DNA of 64,000 nucleotides from Mobula hypostoma (Eukaryota): assembly GCF_963921235.1 (NCBI RefSeq), contig NC_086108.1, forward strand, positions 31,808,001 to 31,872,000, in the 5' to 3' direction. Of this stretch, positions 1 to 13,529 are shown one piece after another; position 1 is the first letter of the stretch; the number at the start of each line of letters is the position of its first letter. Below the pieces are notes generated by a model. The model was not told the DNA's origin. It made no database searches and was given only the letters and a program-made list of their open reading frames with translations. The translations under genes were made by a program, and so were the position numbers.

Positions 1-440
1 AACATTCAATGTTGATCACAACTCCATGGACAATGCTTGAACGCAGCAAGACACAGACACTTTCATGGTTTGACTAAAGGAGTGGCAGATGGCATTCATG
101 CTTGTTAGGTAATAGCCATCTCCAATGAAAACCTAAACATCTCCCCTTGACATTCAATCGCATGACCGCTCATGAGATGCCACACTAAACATAATATTAA
201 CCAGAAGTTTAATTTGACTGGTAACCAAGGTTAGAGGCTAGACTTTGTGTAATGACTAACTCAGTTCCTGACTTTTTAAAAGGCCTTTCTACAATCTAAT
301 AAGGTATATCACAAGAGCAATGTGCTACTCTCAACTTGCTTGGATGAATGCAACTCTAATAGCATTTGTTGATCAAACACATTGAGGACAGACCAGCCTG
401 ACTGATTGGGACCCCATCCACCATGCTAAATATTCACTCT
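1..440 (+). mobile_element. Old degenerate LINE fragment (CR1/L2-group RT C-terminal region), same family as 9040-10300
   Basis: Resembles the reverse complement of part of 9040-10300 (e.g. ctccccttgacattcaat, gcttggatgaatgcaactc, gattgggaccccatccacc). No intact ORF. Confidence 0.5.
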
Positions 441-922
441 TGCAAAGTACATTGAGAAACAGCCAATTGCAAGGAACAATAAATGCTAGCACAGACATTG
501 ATGTGACTTATGTACTAATATTGGTTATTCACTTTCAAGTTCCTTCCCTTCAAAGACATGTCACCATCGCAATTGATCATAATTTGGTTGGTAAGAAATC
601 CAATGTAAATCAAGATGACCACATTCATCAGAAATTATGAATACTTGAAGGTTCGAATTTCCATTCCGACCCCAGTTAGTCCAACAGAGATTGAGTATTG
701 CTTTGAGAATGTTCTCTTCCTCATCTGGAAAGTACTTTTGAGCGCCTTTTTTTTTAAAAAAAGAGAAAACATTAAACTGCACCGCACAACCAAAACGGTT
801 CAGTGCGATCTTTGCCACAGAAGAACTGGGCATCACAAGGACATGTGGAAGAATTCTGATCTTCTAAAAGCACACATACACATCCTTCATGTGGTAAATG
901 ATAATGGCTGAAGGGCAAAGAT

Positions 923-3660
923 AATAGACAATAGGTGCAGAAGTAGACCATTCGGCCCTTCAAGCCTGCACCGCCATTCTGAGATCATGGCTGATCATCT
1001 ACTATCAATACCCAGTTCCTCCCTTGTCCCCATAACCCTTGATTCCCCTATCCATAAGATACCTATCTAGCTCCTTCTTGAAAGCATCCAGAGAATTGGC
1101 CTCCACTGCCTTCTGAGGCAGAGCATTCCACACCTCCACAACTCTCTGGGAGAAGTTGTTCCTCCTCAACTCTGTCCTAAATTACCTACCCCTTATTCTT
1201 AAACCATGCCCTCTGGCATTGGACTCTCCCAGCATCTGGAACATATTTCCTGCCTCTGTCTTGTCCAATCCCTTAATAATCTTATGTGTCTCAATCAGAT
1301 CCCCCCCTCAATCTCCTTAATTTCAGCGTGTACAAGCCCAGTCTCTCTAACCTCTCTGCGTAAGACAATCCGGACATCCCAGGAATTAACCTAGTGAACC
1401 TACGCTGCACCTCCTCCACAGCCAGGCGGTCTCTCCTTAACCCTGGAGACCAAAACTGCAGACAATACTCCAGGTGTGGTCTCACCAGGGCCCTGTACAA
1501 ATGCAAAAGGATTTCCTTGCTCTTGTACTCAGTTCCCTTTGTAATAAAGGCCAACATTCCATTAGCCTTCTTCACTGCCTGCTGCACTTGCTCATTCACC
1601 TTCAGAGACTGATGAACAAGTACTCCTAGATCTCTTTGTATTTCTCCCTTACCTAACTCCACACCGTTCAGATAATAATCTGCCTTCCTGTTCTTGCTCC
1701 CAAAGTGAATAACCTCACACTTATTCACATTAAACGCCATCTGCCAAGTTTCTGCCCACTCACCCAGCCTATCCAAGTCACCTTGAATTCTCCTAACATC
1801 CTCATCACATGTCCCACTGCCACCCAGCTTAGTATCATCAGCAAACTTGCTGATGTTATTCACAATGTCTTCCTCTAAATCAATGACGTAAATCGTAAAC
1901 AGCTATGGTCCCAATACCGAGCCCTGTGGCACCCCACTAGTCACCACCTGCCATTCCGAGAAACACCCATTCACTGCTACCCTTTGCTTCCTATCTGCCA
2001 ACCAGTTTTCTATCCATGTCAATATCCTCCCCCGCAATGCCATGAGCTCTGATTTTACCCACCAATCTCCTATGTGGTACCTTATCAAATGCCTTCTGAA
2101 AGTCAAGGTACACCACATCCACTGGATCTCCCGCATCTATCTTCCTGGTTACATCCTCGAAAAACTCCAACAGATTAGTCAAGCATGATTTGCCCTTGGT
2201 AAATCCATGCTGGCTTGGCCCAATCTTATCACTGCTATCAAGATATGCCGCCATTTCATCTTTAATAATGGACTCCAGCATCTTCCCCACTACTGATGTT
2301 AGGCTAACAGGGCGATAGTTCTGTTTTTCTCCCTCCCTCCTTTCTTAAAAAGTGGGATAACATTAGCCATTTGCCAATCCTCAGGAACTGATCCTGAATC
2401 TAAGGAACATTGGAAAATGTTCACCAATGCATCCGCAGTTTCCAGAGCCACCTCCTTTAGTACCCTAGGATGCAGACCATCTGGACCTGGGGTATTGTTA
2501 GCCTTCAGCCCCATCAGTCTACTCATCACCGTTTCCTTCCTAATGTCAATCTGTTTCAGTTCCTCTGTTACCCTATGTCCTTGGCCCATCCATACATCTG
2601 GGAGATTGCTTGTGTCTTCCCTAGTGAAGACAGATCCAAAGTACTTATTAAATTTGTCTGCCATTTCTGTTTCCCATTACAATTTCTCCCAATTCATTCT
2701 TCAAGGGCCCAACATTGTTCTTAACTATCTTCCTTCTCTTCACATACCTAAAAAAACTTTTGCTATCCTCCTTTATATTCCTAGCTAGCTTGCGTTCATA
2801 CCTCATTTTTTCTCCCCGTATTACCTTTTTAGTTAAGTTCTGTTGCTCCTTAAAAATTTCCCAATCATCCGTCTTCCCACTCACCTTAGCTCTGTTATAC
2901 TTCTTTTTTAATGCTATGCTATCTCTGACTTCCTTTGTCAACCACTGTGGCCACTTTCCCCCCTTTGAATCCTTCCTTCTCTGGGGGATGAACTGATTTT
3001 GCACCTTGTGCATTATTCCCAAGAATACCTGCCATTGCTGTTCCACTGTCTTTTCTGCTAGGATATCCGACCAGTCAACTTTGGCCAGCTCCTCCCTCAT
3101 GGCTCCATAGTCTCCTTTGTTCAACTGCAATACTGACACTTCTGATCTGCCCTTATCCCTCTCAACTTGCAGATAAAAACTTATCATATTATGGTCACTA
3201 CCTCCTAATGGTTCCTTTACTTCAAGGTCACTTATCAAATCCTGTCCATTGCACAACACTAAATCCAGAATAGCCTTATCCCTGGTCGGCTCTCGTACAA
3301 GCTGCTCCAAAAATGCATCCCATAGGCACTCTACAAACTCCCTATCCTGGGGTCCAGTACCAACCTGATTTTCCCAGTTCACCTGCATGTTGAAATCCCC
3401 CATAACTACTGCGACATTTCCTTTGCCACATGCCATTGTTAAATCCCTATTCAACTTGCACCCAATATCCATGCTACTGTTTGGGGACCTGTAGATAACA
3501 CCTATTAGGGTCTTTTTGCCCTTACTGTTCCTCAGTTCTATCCACACTGACTACTTCTCCTGATTCTATGTCCCCCCTTGCAAGGGAATGAATCTCATTC
3601 CTCACCAACAGGGCCACCCCACCCGCTCTGCCCACCTTTCTGTCCCTTCGATAGCACGTA
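923..3660 (-). mobile_element. CR1-clade LINE, 5'-truncated, frameshifted ORF2 (APE endonuclease end plus RT)
   Basis: Consecutive ORFs carry GVIYRSPN, VMGDFN, LDLVL, GGSDHN (APE), then PGPDGLHPRVLKE, QHGFTKGKSCLTNL, YLDFQKAFDKVPH, SGVPQGSVLGP, ISKFADDTKL, YRALVRPHLEY. CR1-type 3' UTR at ~923-1050. Confidence 0.95.
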
Positions 3661-3786
3661 TAGCACGCAAGACAGGGCAAACCCATCACCAACAGAAACA
3701 CTAAAAAGGAGCCATAAAATAAAAGATAGAAAACGCATTTACTACAAGTGGGGGAAAAAAAAGTCCTCGATTAAAACATGTAATAC

Positions 3787-3908
3787 CTTTGCTTCTGGAT
3801 TAGCAGCCAGAATTTTTGCTCCACATTCCACAGAGGCATAGTTATTGAAGTTTTTCTGTAGTTTTTTCCCAGAATGAAGCCCACTGCTAGACGTATGCAA
3901 TGACTGAC
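3787..3908 (-). CDS. SUCO: SUCO coding exon 8 (start of the SUN-like domain)
   Basis: cag|GT CAG TCA...GCA AAG|gtatta, 122 nt, phase 1 to 0. Encodes (S)[40 protein letters not shown], matching the SUCO motif [20 protein letters not shown]. Confidence 0.95.
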
Positions 3909-4385
3909 CTGAAAGAAAGCTGGCCATTAATATTTTACTTATAAAATCCAGGTTATTCTCTCTTCGGATTTTCAAGTCAAATTTAAGGCTATGGAAAATG
4001 TACTCTCCTGAATGAGTACAGGAATACAGGTAAAAGCTTACAAAGCATGTGTACTTAGTTCAGAGTTGATCAACATACAAAAAGTATTAACACTAAATCT
4101 AGAGATCCTTCAAGGCAGATAATGTGGAATAAAGTTGTAAAAGGAATCAAATAAGCATTTAACTAGGTGACCGAGTAACAAGCAACCAGACTGCAGCAAC
4201 TCTTCTAATCCTGAGCACCTAGGAGGAGAATACAATTAAATTCAAGAAAAAATGCGTAATCTCCACATACAGAGTGGCAGAGGTCAGAATGGAACCCAGG
4301 TCATTAGAACAACCACTGTAGCATTATGACATCTCCTACATGTTCATATACTCAGGTAATCTCTCAATGATTGTCCAATGCGTAC

Positions 4386-4506
4386 TTTTCTCCTTCTCTT
4401 CTTCCATGACTTTCTTTTTCCATTCATCAAATGAGGGAATATCTCCTGGATCTTTAGATGCAGTCAAAGGATCTCCAGCATCTACTCCTCTTGGAACTTC
4501 AGTATT
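4386..4506 (-). CDS. SUCO: SUCO coding exon 7
   Basis: tag|AAT ACT...GAG AAA A|gtacgc, 121 nt, phase 0 to 1. Encodes [40 protein letters not shown] (cf. [27 protein letters not shown]). Confidence 0.95.
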
Positions 4507-5149
4507 CTATTTGGGTCAAAAACAAAAGTTCGGATTCATATGATCTTGCGTTTATTGTTGATACTTGACCGATTTTAAAAAATGCTTCATTGTTTCAATC
4601 ACAAGATTTTTGCAAGCATATGAGTATTTTTACTTAGTACTTTGCTGCAACTCCGAGGTCTGTATGCACTCCAAGCTCAATACCTCCCACTTGTGACCAA
4701 AAAAAATTGTGTTTACAATTTTCAGATACAAATTTGAAACCTTTCCCACCAACTGAAACTTCTTTTGCCTCCTGGCAAATAACCCTCACATAATGCAGGT
4801 ATAATGAAGATGCACAAGAAAGCAAATTCTAGAAACTGGAGAAAAGATATTGAAGCTGCTGGAGGAACTGTAGCCTGACGCTGAGTTCCTCCAGCCACTT
4901 GTTATTTTTTCTTTCGAGATGATAAATTCCCTTCACAACAATCCTCCCCTCCCCCACTCATCCACTCGGTTAAATTGCTGCCTATAAATTGCTTGACAGT
5001 CACAGTATTAATTCCTTGTCAAACAAGTTTCCAAACTGGTTTACAACTTTTGGTCATCTAACAAAATTTCTAGATAAAAGTGTGGAATTGAATTAAACAA
5101 AAAATTGAAAATACCAAGTGCTACAGCAAGTATAATAGCATTGAGGGCT

Positions 5150-5580
5150 GGCATTTCACTAAATTGATTTAGAATGAAAGGGTTGCCTAATGAGGAACGA
5201 TGAAGCAGTTTTGACCACCTGTACTCACTGAATTTTTAGTAGAACAAGAATTGAAAGATGTAAGATTCCAAGGGAACTAGACAAGGTAGATGCTCAGTGG
5301 TTGTTTTCCCTGTTGGGGAAAATCAAAAAGACTAGGCATAGTTTCAGGATAAGACAAATGAAAGCAATTTCTTCTCTCAGAGGACCACTAATTTTTCCAA
5401 CTCTCTACCCAAGACAACCATGAAGGCAGAGTCATTAAATACATTCAAGATCATAAATTTTTCAACTAGTCAGTCAGGAAAGTTGATGAATGGTCAAAAC
5501 TAGTTTAGTCACGATTCCAATGAATGTCAGAACCAAGCCCAAGGGTCACCAAGATCTACACCTGCTTCATATATTCCTGT
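5150..5580 (+). mobile_element. Degenerate CR1 3' fragment
   Basis: Remnant of the RFTRLIPGMKGL.YEERL...LYSLEF...LDKVD region, followed by a CR1-like 3' UTR. Confidence 0.65.
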
Positions 5581-6309
5581 TCAACTACATTGTCAGCTCA
5601 CTTAAAGGACTGTCAGCCTTAAGGTGGAAAAAAAACCATACAATTTTTAACACATTCATTTAAAAGACAATATAGCATCAGAATTTGTTTACAAAAATGG
5701 TCACGAACTCCAAGTAGAATCAATCTAAAGCTGTTTTAGTTTGGTTAAAAATATAAAGCTGAAACCAAGATACAGCAGTGCTAACAGGTACACTTAAAGA
5801 TTATTTTAAAAATCACAAATTTACTGGAAAGACTCAAAAGGCACAAGTGTCTTGTGTATTTTTTGGAGACAGCATGTCACTTTCAGTCAATTAAACCAGT
5901 TTTGAATGACCCTGTTTTTGTGGTAAACAAATTTTCAACTCAATTCATCAAACATTACCAAGTGTACTCAAGGAATGTCTTCTGAACTACTTAAAAAAAA
6001 TAACAGCCAATTTCTCACTGGTTAATATCAGGCAACTCAACTGACATGATAAAGAGAAAAATATTTCAGAATGGATAACATTTCAGCAATTAACATCTGC
6101 ACAAATATTTGTTTGTAGTTATTAAAAACTTGGAAAATCCTGCCACTGTTCAATTTGAAGAATACCCCACAAAAAAAAACACATTACGAAATGATCTTAA
6201 AGCTGTTAATCAAATTTAATTTATAACCCATTTCATTGATATTTTAATATTGGCTCACTTTACTGTTGAAGCTGAGTTTTCAAAAGCAATACACACAAAA
6301 AGCTGGAGG

Positions 6310-7520
6310 AGCTCAGCAAGTTTGGCAGCATCTATGAAAGGACGGAGACACCAAGTGAATTTGAGGGCAGGATGGAAGGTGGTGGCAAAGTTGCTGAAAT
6401 TGCTGAGCTCCACGTGGTACAAGAAGCAGTACCAATGCATTCGTCAATGTAGCTGAGAAACTGTTGGGGAGCATTCTTGGTGTAAGCATAGAATATGGCT
6501 TGTTCAATGTTGCCAATGAAAAGGATGGGGCCCATGCAAGTGCCATAGCTATATGCTTGTCTGAGAGAAAGTGGGAAGAGCCGAAAGCAAAGTTTTTCAA
6601 GTTAAGAATCAGATCTGTCAAATAGAGGATGATGATGGCTAAGGGTGATTGGTAGGGTTTGTCATCAAGAGTTTTGAGGTCTTCCTGTCGGGGGGATAAT
6701 GGTGTACAGGGACTGGATATCTATGGTGAAAATGAGGCACACGGCTGGGGATCTGAAAGTACTTGATATGGTCATGACAGCAGGCAAAGCGTCACAGACA
6801 TGGATAGGGAGGACTGAACAAAGGGGAACAAAATGGAGTAGAAACAGAAGAATACATGTTCAGTGGAGCAGGAGCTGGGAAAAACAATGGGCTAAGCAGG
6901 GCAGCTAGGTTTGGGGATCTTGACTCTGTCACCACATGTGCTTGAAAGGCAAGGTTGGGATTAATGCTGTGATAGTGAAGAGCAGTGCATTCAGGAGGGC
7001 AAGGTTGAAATAGGATCGGGGAAGTGAGGTTGAGATGATGAATGTCCTCTTTGCAGCCAGAAATGCAAGGGTCCAGAGTGCACGGTCCAAGAGGTGGAAG
7101 AAGGCTGAAGGAGTCATTGGTGAGGAGTGGGAAATCCTTGCTAAAGAAGCAGGCCCTGAAACAGAAGTGATGGATAGAACTCATTGAAGTGCAGGCAGAG
7201 GGGGCAAAACAATAAGGTCCCTACTGAGGACACAGCATTCTTCCTCAAAGAGTTAAAGGTCAGAAGTGATAGCGAAGATATGGCAGGGATTGGAGCTGTG
7301 ATCAGTCAAAGGTAGAGGGTTGGAGAAGTCAAAGAGAGTCAGGTGAGAGAAATGAGGGCTTAGAGGAATGAAGGTAGGAAAATAAAGGGCAGGGAAGGTG
7401 TGAGACACCAGAGGTATGTGGGAGTGGTGATTGTAGAAGGAAGTAATACGACCCAGCAGTAGCATGAGAAATCTCAGTCTGGAGGTGGCCTTTGCACTTT
7501 TTTTGGGAGGTGTGGGGTGA
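6310..7520 (-). mobile_element. Old Penelope-like element fragment (RT region)
   Basis: ORF remnants LILNLKNFAFGSSHFL, QQFLSYIDECIG, NFSNFATTFHPALKF are homologous to the younger PLE at 22322-25666. Confidence 0.75.
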
Positions 7521-7663
7521 AGAACAAGATAATTGGGGAGAAAAGCCTTGTAAATAAGAATACACGCAACTTCTGGTTAAAAAATGAGTATACCCTAGAT
7601 TGAAAATTCAATCAATAACAAAAGGAATCACATATAACAATGTTGTGCTGAAATAATTCTTAC

Positions 7664-7844
7664 TTCTACCAAGTCTTCCTTTTGCAGAACTTGACTTTTG
7701 TTGGATTTTTTTTCTATTGCTGGCTTCTCTTTATCAGCTTCAGACACACTCTTTGGAATCTCAGAAAGAACGGGTTCAGAACTGGAATTAGGTACTTCTC
7801 CCTTGCCATTTGAAGATTCCCCATCATTAGATTTTTCCTGAGGG
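7664..7844 (-). CDS. SUCO: SUCO coding exon 6
   Basis: tttattatag|C CCT CAG...GTA GAA|gtaaga, 181 nt, phase 2 to 0. Encodes PQEKSNDGESSNGKGEVPNSSSEPVL...QKEDLVE. An alternative in-frame donor (TTG|gtagaa) would end the exon at 7670. Confidence 0.85.
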
Positions 7845-8032
7845 CTATAATAAAGAATCAAATGATTTCTAAATCCTTCATTCTACAGCCAGAAACATTA
7901 CCATTAACTCATTTTCCGTATAAATTATAGTTATTCCTTACAATTCTATTTGTACTCATCAGGCACTGCACATCTAGCACCACAAAGAAAATAATACATT
8001 TTGCAAAACCACAAGCCTTGAAGAACACTCAC

Positions 8033-8164
8033 CTTTCAGGCAGGCTGGTAGAGGACAGGGGCTTGCTTTGCGGAATAGCCTCACTGTCCCTTCCAGCTTC
8101 ACAGTCAGCTTTTGACTGTTCATAGCTTATTATGGGAATATCATCACTGGAATTTTCTATTGCA
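8033..8164 (-). CDS. SUCO: SUCO coding exon 5
   Basis: tttttcttag|T GCA ATA...GAA AG|gtgagt, 132 nt, phase 2 to 2. Encodes AIENSSDDIPIISYEQSKADCEAGRDSEAIPQSKPLSSTSLPE (cf. SUCO EIEKSGTIPI...EQSETDCDVG). Confidence 0.9.
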
Positions 8165-8471
8165 CTAAGAAAAAGAAATAATGACATTGATTAACGTTTC
8201 CTTCATTCAGATCTTCCTCAAACCTGCCTGAATAACCTTAAAGATAGAAACACATCCCAAACTAATCAAATATTAGTTTTAAAGGTATAAAAAAACTTAT
8301 TTTACAGTTACTTTGATTGAGATTGCTTCTCATATCCCTAAGAATTAATCCACATTGCGATTTCCATACCTTGCAGAAAATAATTCCATTAAAACGTCAT
8401 ATTTTGGTTATTTACATTTCAGAGGGTAATTAGTGACTCAGGTAAGTTGCAACATAGTGTAGAACACTTGC

Positions 8472-8614
8472 CTATGCTGAGAGAAGGTGTTTTCTGAGGT
8501 AGACGGACTGGAAATGTTATCAATATTAGCAGCTATGCTGCGAGGTGGTTCCACTTGTCCTACAGAACGCTCCAATCCAGGTTCAAGAAAATCAGACTTT
8601 TCAGATTTCACATG
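8472..8614 (-). CDS. SUCO: SUCO coding exon 4 (GC donor)
   Basis: ttacaaacag|CAT GTG...CAT AG|gcaagt, 143 nt, phase 0 to 2. Encodes HVKSEKSDFLEPGLERSVGQVEPPRSIAANIDNISSPSTSENTFSQH (cf. SUCO VENISSSSTSEIT). Confidence 0.88.
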
Positions 8615-9039
8615 CTGTTTGTAAAGAAAATAGTTTTGTTAAAGTAAAATAATATGTTCTATTAAAAGTCTAATGTGGATGCAATGGACACTCAATACTC
8701 ATCAATTCAAACACAATATCAATATGTACTTAAAACACTGATTAACATATCATACTCTGTCAAGAAATTTATTGGCCACCGTGGCTCTGGCACAACGTGC
8801 CTGGTTAGAGTTTGCAGACTAAAATCTTTCAAACATCAAAATACAATTTATGATGGATTCAATTTAAAACTAGATACCTTAAGACTTCTATTTTAATCCA
8901 AAACAATTTTCCATTTTCTGAATGCTGAAACAAATTGAGACGAGCCCTCTTACTTGTACCAATCTAGCTCAACTGGAGTTACTAGTTTCTAAGGTTGATT
9001 ATAGTTGAACAATTCACAAAAGAACTAAAATTCATTTTT

Positions 9040-10300
9040 CGGCTCCAGGCATTAGGCAAAGGCATCATTTATTGCCTATCTTTAACTATTTTAAGATGCT
9101 GGTCAGTTTCTTCAATTGTTGCTACTGGTGAAGGTATCCCTACACTGCTGTTGAATAGTTAATTCCAAGATTTGGACCTAGCTACTGCTGATACATTTTA
9201 AAGTCAGAATGATGTGCATCTTTGAGAAAACCTGCCGATCATGATGTTCCCATATACCTGTTATCTTTATCCCACTTGATTGCAGAGTGCATTGATTGGG
9301 AGCTGCTGTATAATAGTCTGTGCAAGTTAACTATGTATTTTGTAGTGACAGACACCATAGTCATCGTGCACCAGTGGTGGGGTGAATACTAGTGGGGCTG
9401 TTGGGGTGCAATCAAGCAGGGCTACTTGGTCCTGTATGGTGTTAAGCAGCTTAAATTTCTGGTGCTCCACTCAGTCAAGTGAAGCACATTCCAGAATGCC
9501 TTGTAGATTACTTGCGAAAAAGCAAGCCAGTTTGCTGCAGGATACCCAGTCTCTTGTAACACCAGCATTTATATAGTGGTTCAGCCAGATTTCTCATTAA
9601 TACTGACGACACCCTCACCCCACCTGAGACATTGACGGCGGGGTGCTTGACAATAGTAATACTACTGAATGCCTAGGTGGTTGGGCTCCCCCTTATTGGT
9701 GATGGTGATTGCCTGGTACTTTTATGAATGCTTCTTGTCACTAATCTGCCCCTCCCAATGTTATCAAATGAACGCAGGCCTGAGCTGCTTCATTTGCTAA
9801 GATGTGATGGGATAGAACCAATTATGGTTGAACACAACTCCGATGTTATTATGGAAGAAATGTAATCAACAAAATAGCTGGGCCAAGAGAACTGCCTCAA
9901 AACCTAGTGCAGTAAAAATGATTGACACTGATAATCACAACCATCTTCTGTTGTGCAAGCTATTATTCTAGACACTGGAATATTTACCTTTTATATTTCA
10001 GTTTGCCCAGGGGTCCTTGATGTCATGGTAATCACTATCACCTCACATATGATATTCAGCTCTGTAGTGCATGTTTGGATTATGGCTTGGTGCAAAATGA
10101 TCCCGAACCCCAAAGTAGGCCTAAGCAATCAAGTGCTAGATAATGGTATTGTGGATGGCAGCTTCCACTTTGGTAGGAAGCAGAAAAGCTGAGCAATAAT
10201 TAACTAGATTGGATTTATTTTTCCACAATATCAGTAAACAGTGTTAAAAGTGTACTAGAACAGCTTAGTTAAAGGAACCGTTTGTTCGGCAGCATGTCTT
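9040..10300 (-). mobile_element. Old degenerate LINE (CR1/L2 group), 3' portion
   Basis: Recognised as a decayed copy of a common chondrichthyan LINE (gcatcatttattgccta..., tggggtgcaatcaagcagggctacttggtcc). No intact ORF and boundaries are approximate. Confidence 0.55.
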
Positions 10301-11805
10301 CAATACTGCAAATGGAATGCTCTGTCTCTAATATATTCAATTCACTCAGTCATTTCTTCATATCACATGTAGTGGCTTGAATTAGCATAAACTGACTTGT
10401 GATGGCTTTGATATCAGCACAATCCAGATGGATAATCTATTTGGCATTTCTGGCTGAATATTGTTATGGCTGCTTTGAACTCCATTTTCCTCAAGTGGAG
10501 CAACCTTTTTTAGTTATCAACTAACAGTGCAAATGGGAACAGTGGACTTATTGCTTATGGTTTTATTCTATTGCTTTTTAAATTTTAATTTCCTATTGCA
10601 GCAATTGAAAATACATCTTGTAAGACAATCTGCACACTATTTTAAGAACATCACAAACCTTAACTGTATGCCAGTTTTTTAAAATATATATATCTCAAAA
10701 AATTAACTTGAAAACCCACACTTCCAAACAATCCTCCAAATCAAATACTATTTCATGATTCTATCACATCTTTTTCAATAAGTGGGAAAATTGGCTGGAA
10801 CTCGCTAACAAAACTGACAGACCTTCCTCATATGAATTGCAGCAGTGAGAGAAGATGGAACTTTCACTCTCACACAAAATTAAGAACAGTCAATAAGGAT
10901 TTTTGACAACAATACTCACTTTTTGTGATGACTCAAAGTAAACAAAAGGACTACAAAATCTTTTTCTACAATCAGGCTATGAAGAGTTAAAAATACACTC
11001 ACATCCAAACTATGAGCCTTGACACGCAAGCTACTACTGGGCACTGTCACAATTAACTGGTTTCCCCATTCTGGACAAACAGCCATTGACTGCACTGGTT
11101 TATATGTGAATAATGGATCTTTTGTATAAGATCTCAAAGAACATCCAAAGGTAGTTATTCAAACAAAATGTGCCTTCAAGAGGAGAATGTTGCAAATATT
11201 TATTAAAATTGTATGATGTAAAAAAAAATTAGGGTAAACTTGTTTTTTAGAGGCAGGAATGAAATCTTGCATCAGCTGGACTCCTATATGATCCTATAAA
11301 ATGACATGATTTTAGATCATCTACTGTCAAATCAGTATTAAAAACATCTTTTCCAGTGTAAAGTTGCTATTGCAATTTAATATATCAAGGCAAAATATTT
11401 TCAAGTCATCAAAAATCGTGCCTGTTCCAGCTATAGATACTGTACTATTTAATCTGCCTCATCCTTCCAGCAAAAAAAAATGTTCTTCTCTTCCATCAAC
11501 ACTTTACTAGTACTGCAATGTTATCTTTCCAACTTCTCATGCTTCGTGTCATCAGCACAAAGGAACTTCAGCAAATATTTCACATGACTTTTGCAATGAC
11601 AGCCACTATCACAACAATAAAAGGCTATGAATTAATAATCCACTTAACAGTTTTACTCAAATAGCAGGAATGGTAAACTTAAAACATGCAAATATCTAGG
11701 TAGGTACTGTTTTGCCTTTAGAGCCACTGGACTTCGTGCAAATAGTAAGTCACATTTCACAAATGAAAACTTGTAGATAGCATATCAACTTATATAAATC
11801 TTAAC

Positions 11806-11907
11806 CTGATGGCTTGCTTTTGTGTACTCTTCTGGCAGGGGATCTAGCTGTCCGCCAATATCTGAACGTTTCACATCTGTGGATTCATCAGTTGCATCCT
11901 GCTTGGG
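11806..11907 (-). CDS. SUCO: SUCO coding exon 3
   Basis: catctag|CCC AAG CAG GAT...CAT CAG|gttaag, 102 nt, phase 0 to 0, open: PKQDATDESTDVKRSDIGGQLDPLPEEYTKASHQ. Fits between exons 2 and 4. Alternative in-frame acceptor at 11898. Confidence 0.75.
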
Positions 11908-12032
11908 CTAGATGATATTAAAATGTAACTTGAAGTTAAATGGAATTCTGACAGTTAATCTAAACAAATCGTAATAAAACAATAAAATTACAGAAAGTAC
12001 ACTTAGTTCATGCCCAAGTAAAATCTGCAAAA

Positions 12033-12420
12033 GAAGATCCAGGCAGTAGAAATGAGATGCTTCAGAAGACCCTTGGCATCTCCTATACAGACCAGGTCTC
12101 AAACAGTAAGATACAAAGAACCATCATCCAGCACGAGACATTACGAAGAGTGACTGTCCACAGTAAGGAAGAGGAAACTGAGATGGTACGGCCACATAAC
12201 AAGATCAAGTGGACTCTCAAAGAACATTCTTCAGGGAACAGTGCAGGGGAAAAGAAAAAGGGCAAGCAGAGGAAGAAACTGACAGACAACATTGCAGAGT
12301 AGATCAGAGAGGAGCTTTGCCCTCAACCCAGGCACTCACTCACGACATAAGAGACGGAGGCAACTGGTGCAGCGCCCATCTGTACAACACCCCTACTACA
12401 ACCCAGACAGGTACAGGATC
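12033..12420 (+). mobile_element. RTE-clade LINE 3' fragment
   Basis: Reads KIQAVEMRCFRR.LGISYTD..., KRKLRWYGHITRSSGLSKNILQGTVQGKRK across frameshifts, typical of the RTE ORF C-terminus. Confidence 0.8.
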
Positions 12421-12568
12421 CATAAATGTAAAAATGACGAATGTAATTACAGCGTCACCAATTGCCAAAAATATTTATTGGAAACTGAAGGATAAAAGGA
12501 CATTTTACCTTCCAACATCTGAGCTTGGAAAAAGTACAAATCTTATTGTGATCCTTAAAACCTCTTAC

Positions 12569-12659
12569 CTTTTTTTCAAAGTGCTCATTTTGTGCAACAT
12601 GTGTTACTGATGAGGAACTCTCCTGCTGCCCAGTACAACCTACATGCCAATGAGGGCAC
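12569..12659 (-). CDS. SUCO: SUCO coding exon 2
   Basis: gcattgacag|G TGC CCT...AAA AAG|gtaaga, 91 nt, phase 2 to 0. Completes the Trp codon from exon 1. Encodes CPHWHVGCTGQQESSSSVTHVAQNEHFEKK (cf. SUCO LPSWRVCCKESSS...VQFQKK). Confidence 0.9.
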
Positions 12660-13529
12660 CTGTCAATGCAGAGAAATGTTCATGAGCAACATAAAGTGGC
12701 ACTCAGAATTATCATCTTGTGAGTAGCACAAAGTAATCTGCAACGTTTATGAGCAATTTGCCCAAGTACAACTTTCAACACATATTTTGGCAATAACCCA
12801 GATCCCCTCCTCATCAGGTCAATTATCAGACTGCTCACTTGACTAAATGAGCAGAAATTTCCCCAAGTTTACATTTAAAACCATATCAATCGTCATTCTT
12901 CAGTTTGTGCTGGAACACTTCCATACACACCCCAGACTCACCATCAGCAATAAAACAAAATTCATTTCAAAATTGTAATGAAACAATAAACAATCCACTC
13001 ACAAGGTTTTGCTCAAAAGTAAAGACGACAAATATATCATTTAAACTTTTTCTTTAAAGCTCATCACCACCCCCAAACAACTTCATGTAAATCGCCAACA
13101 TCCAAGATCAGGATCACAAACCCGCACTTCAACTAAAGCATGAATTTAGAAAAAATAAACGGAATAGAATGAAGGGAAGACAAAAGGGAGAAAAATACCA
13201 TGCTGTAACTTCAGAATAATCCCTTAATTATGCATTGACAATAGAATCAAAGTTTCCAGACTATGAATAGAGACATTGGATTAACACAAAGCCAACAGTG
13301 GATTTGAAGCTGACTAGAATGTTTTCTAAATTCCTGAATATTATTTTGTTTCAGGAAAATGCATACATCAGCAAATCCAACTGCCTGGTTTCTCTCCAAG
13401 TAAAACACTGTCCTTACGCCACCTTGCATAAGATACTCATTTGACATGGGAGACACAAAGCACAAATCTAAAGCAGAGTTGGTAATTGGGTTATACACAT
13501 TGGCATATGCACTGTGATACAATGGAATG

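Noticed and set aside
1..3786. SUCO exon 9 (STSAILIENMDLYMLNPC-like)
   Set aside because: I could not find it. The interval is mostly LINE sequence, so the gene probably continues beyond the left edge.
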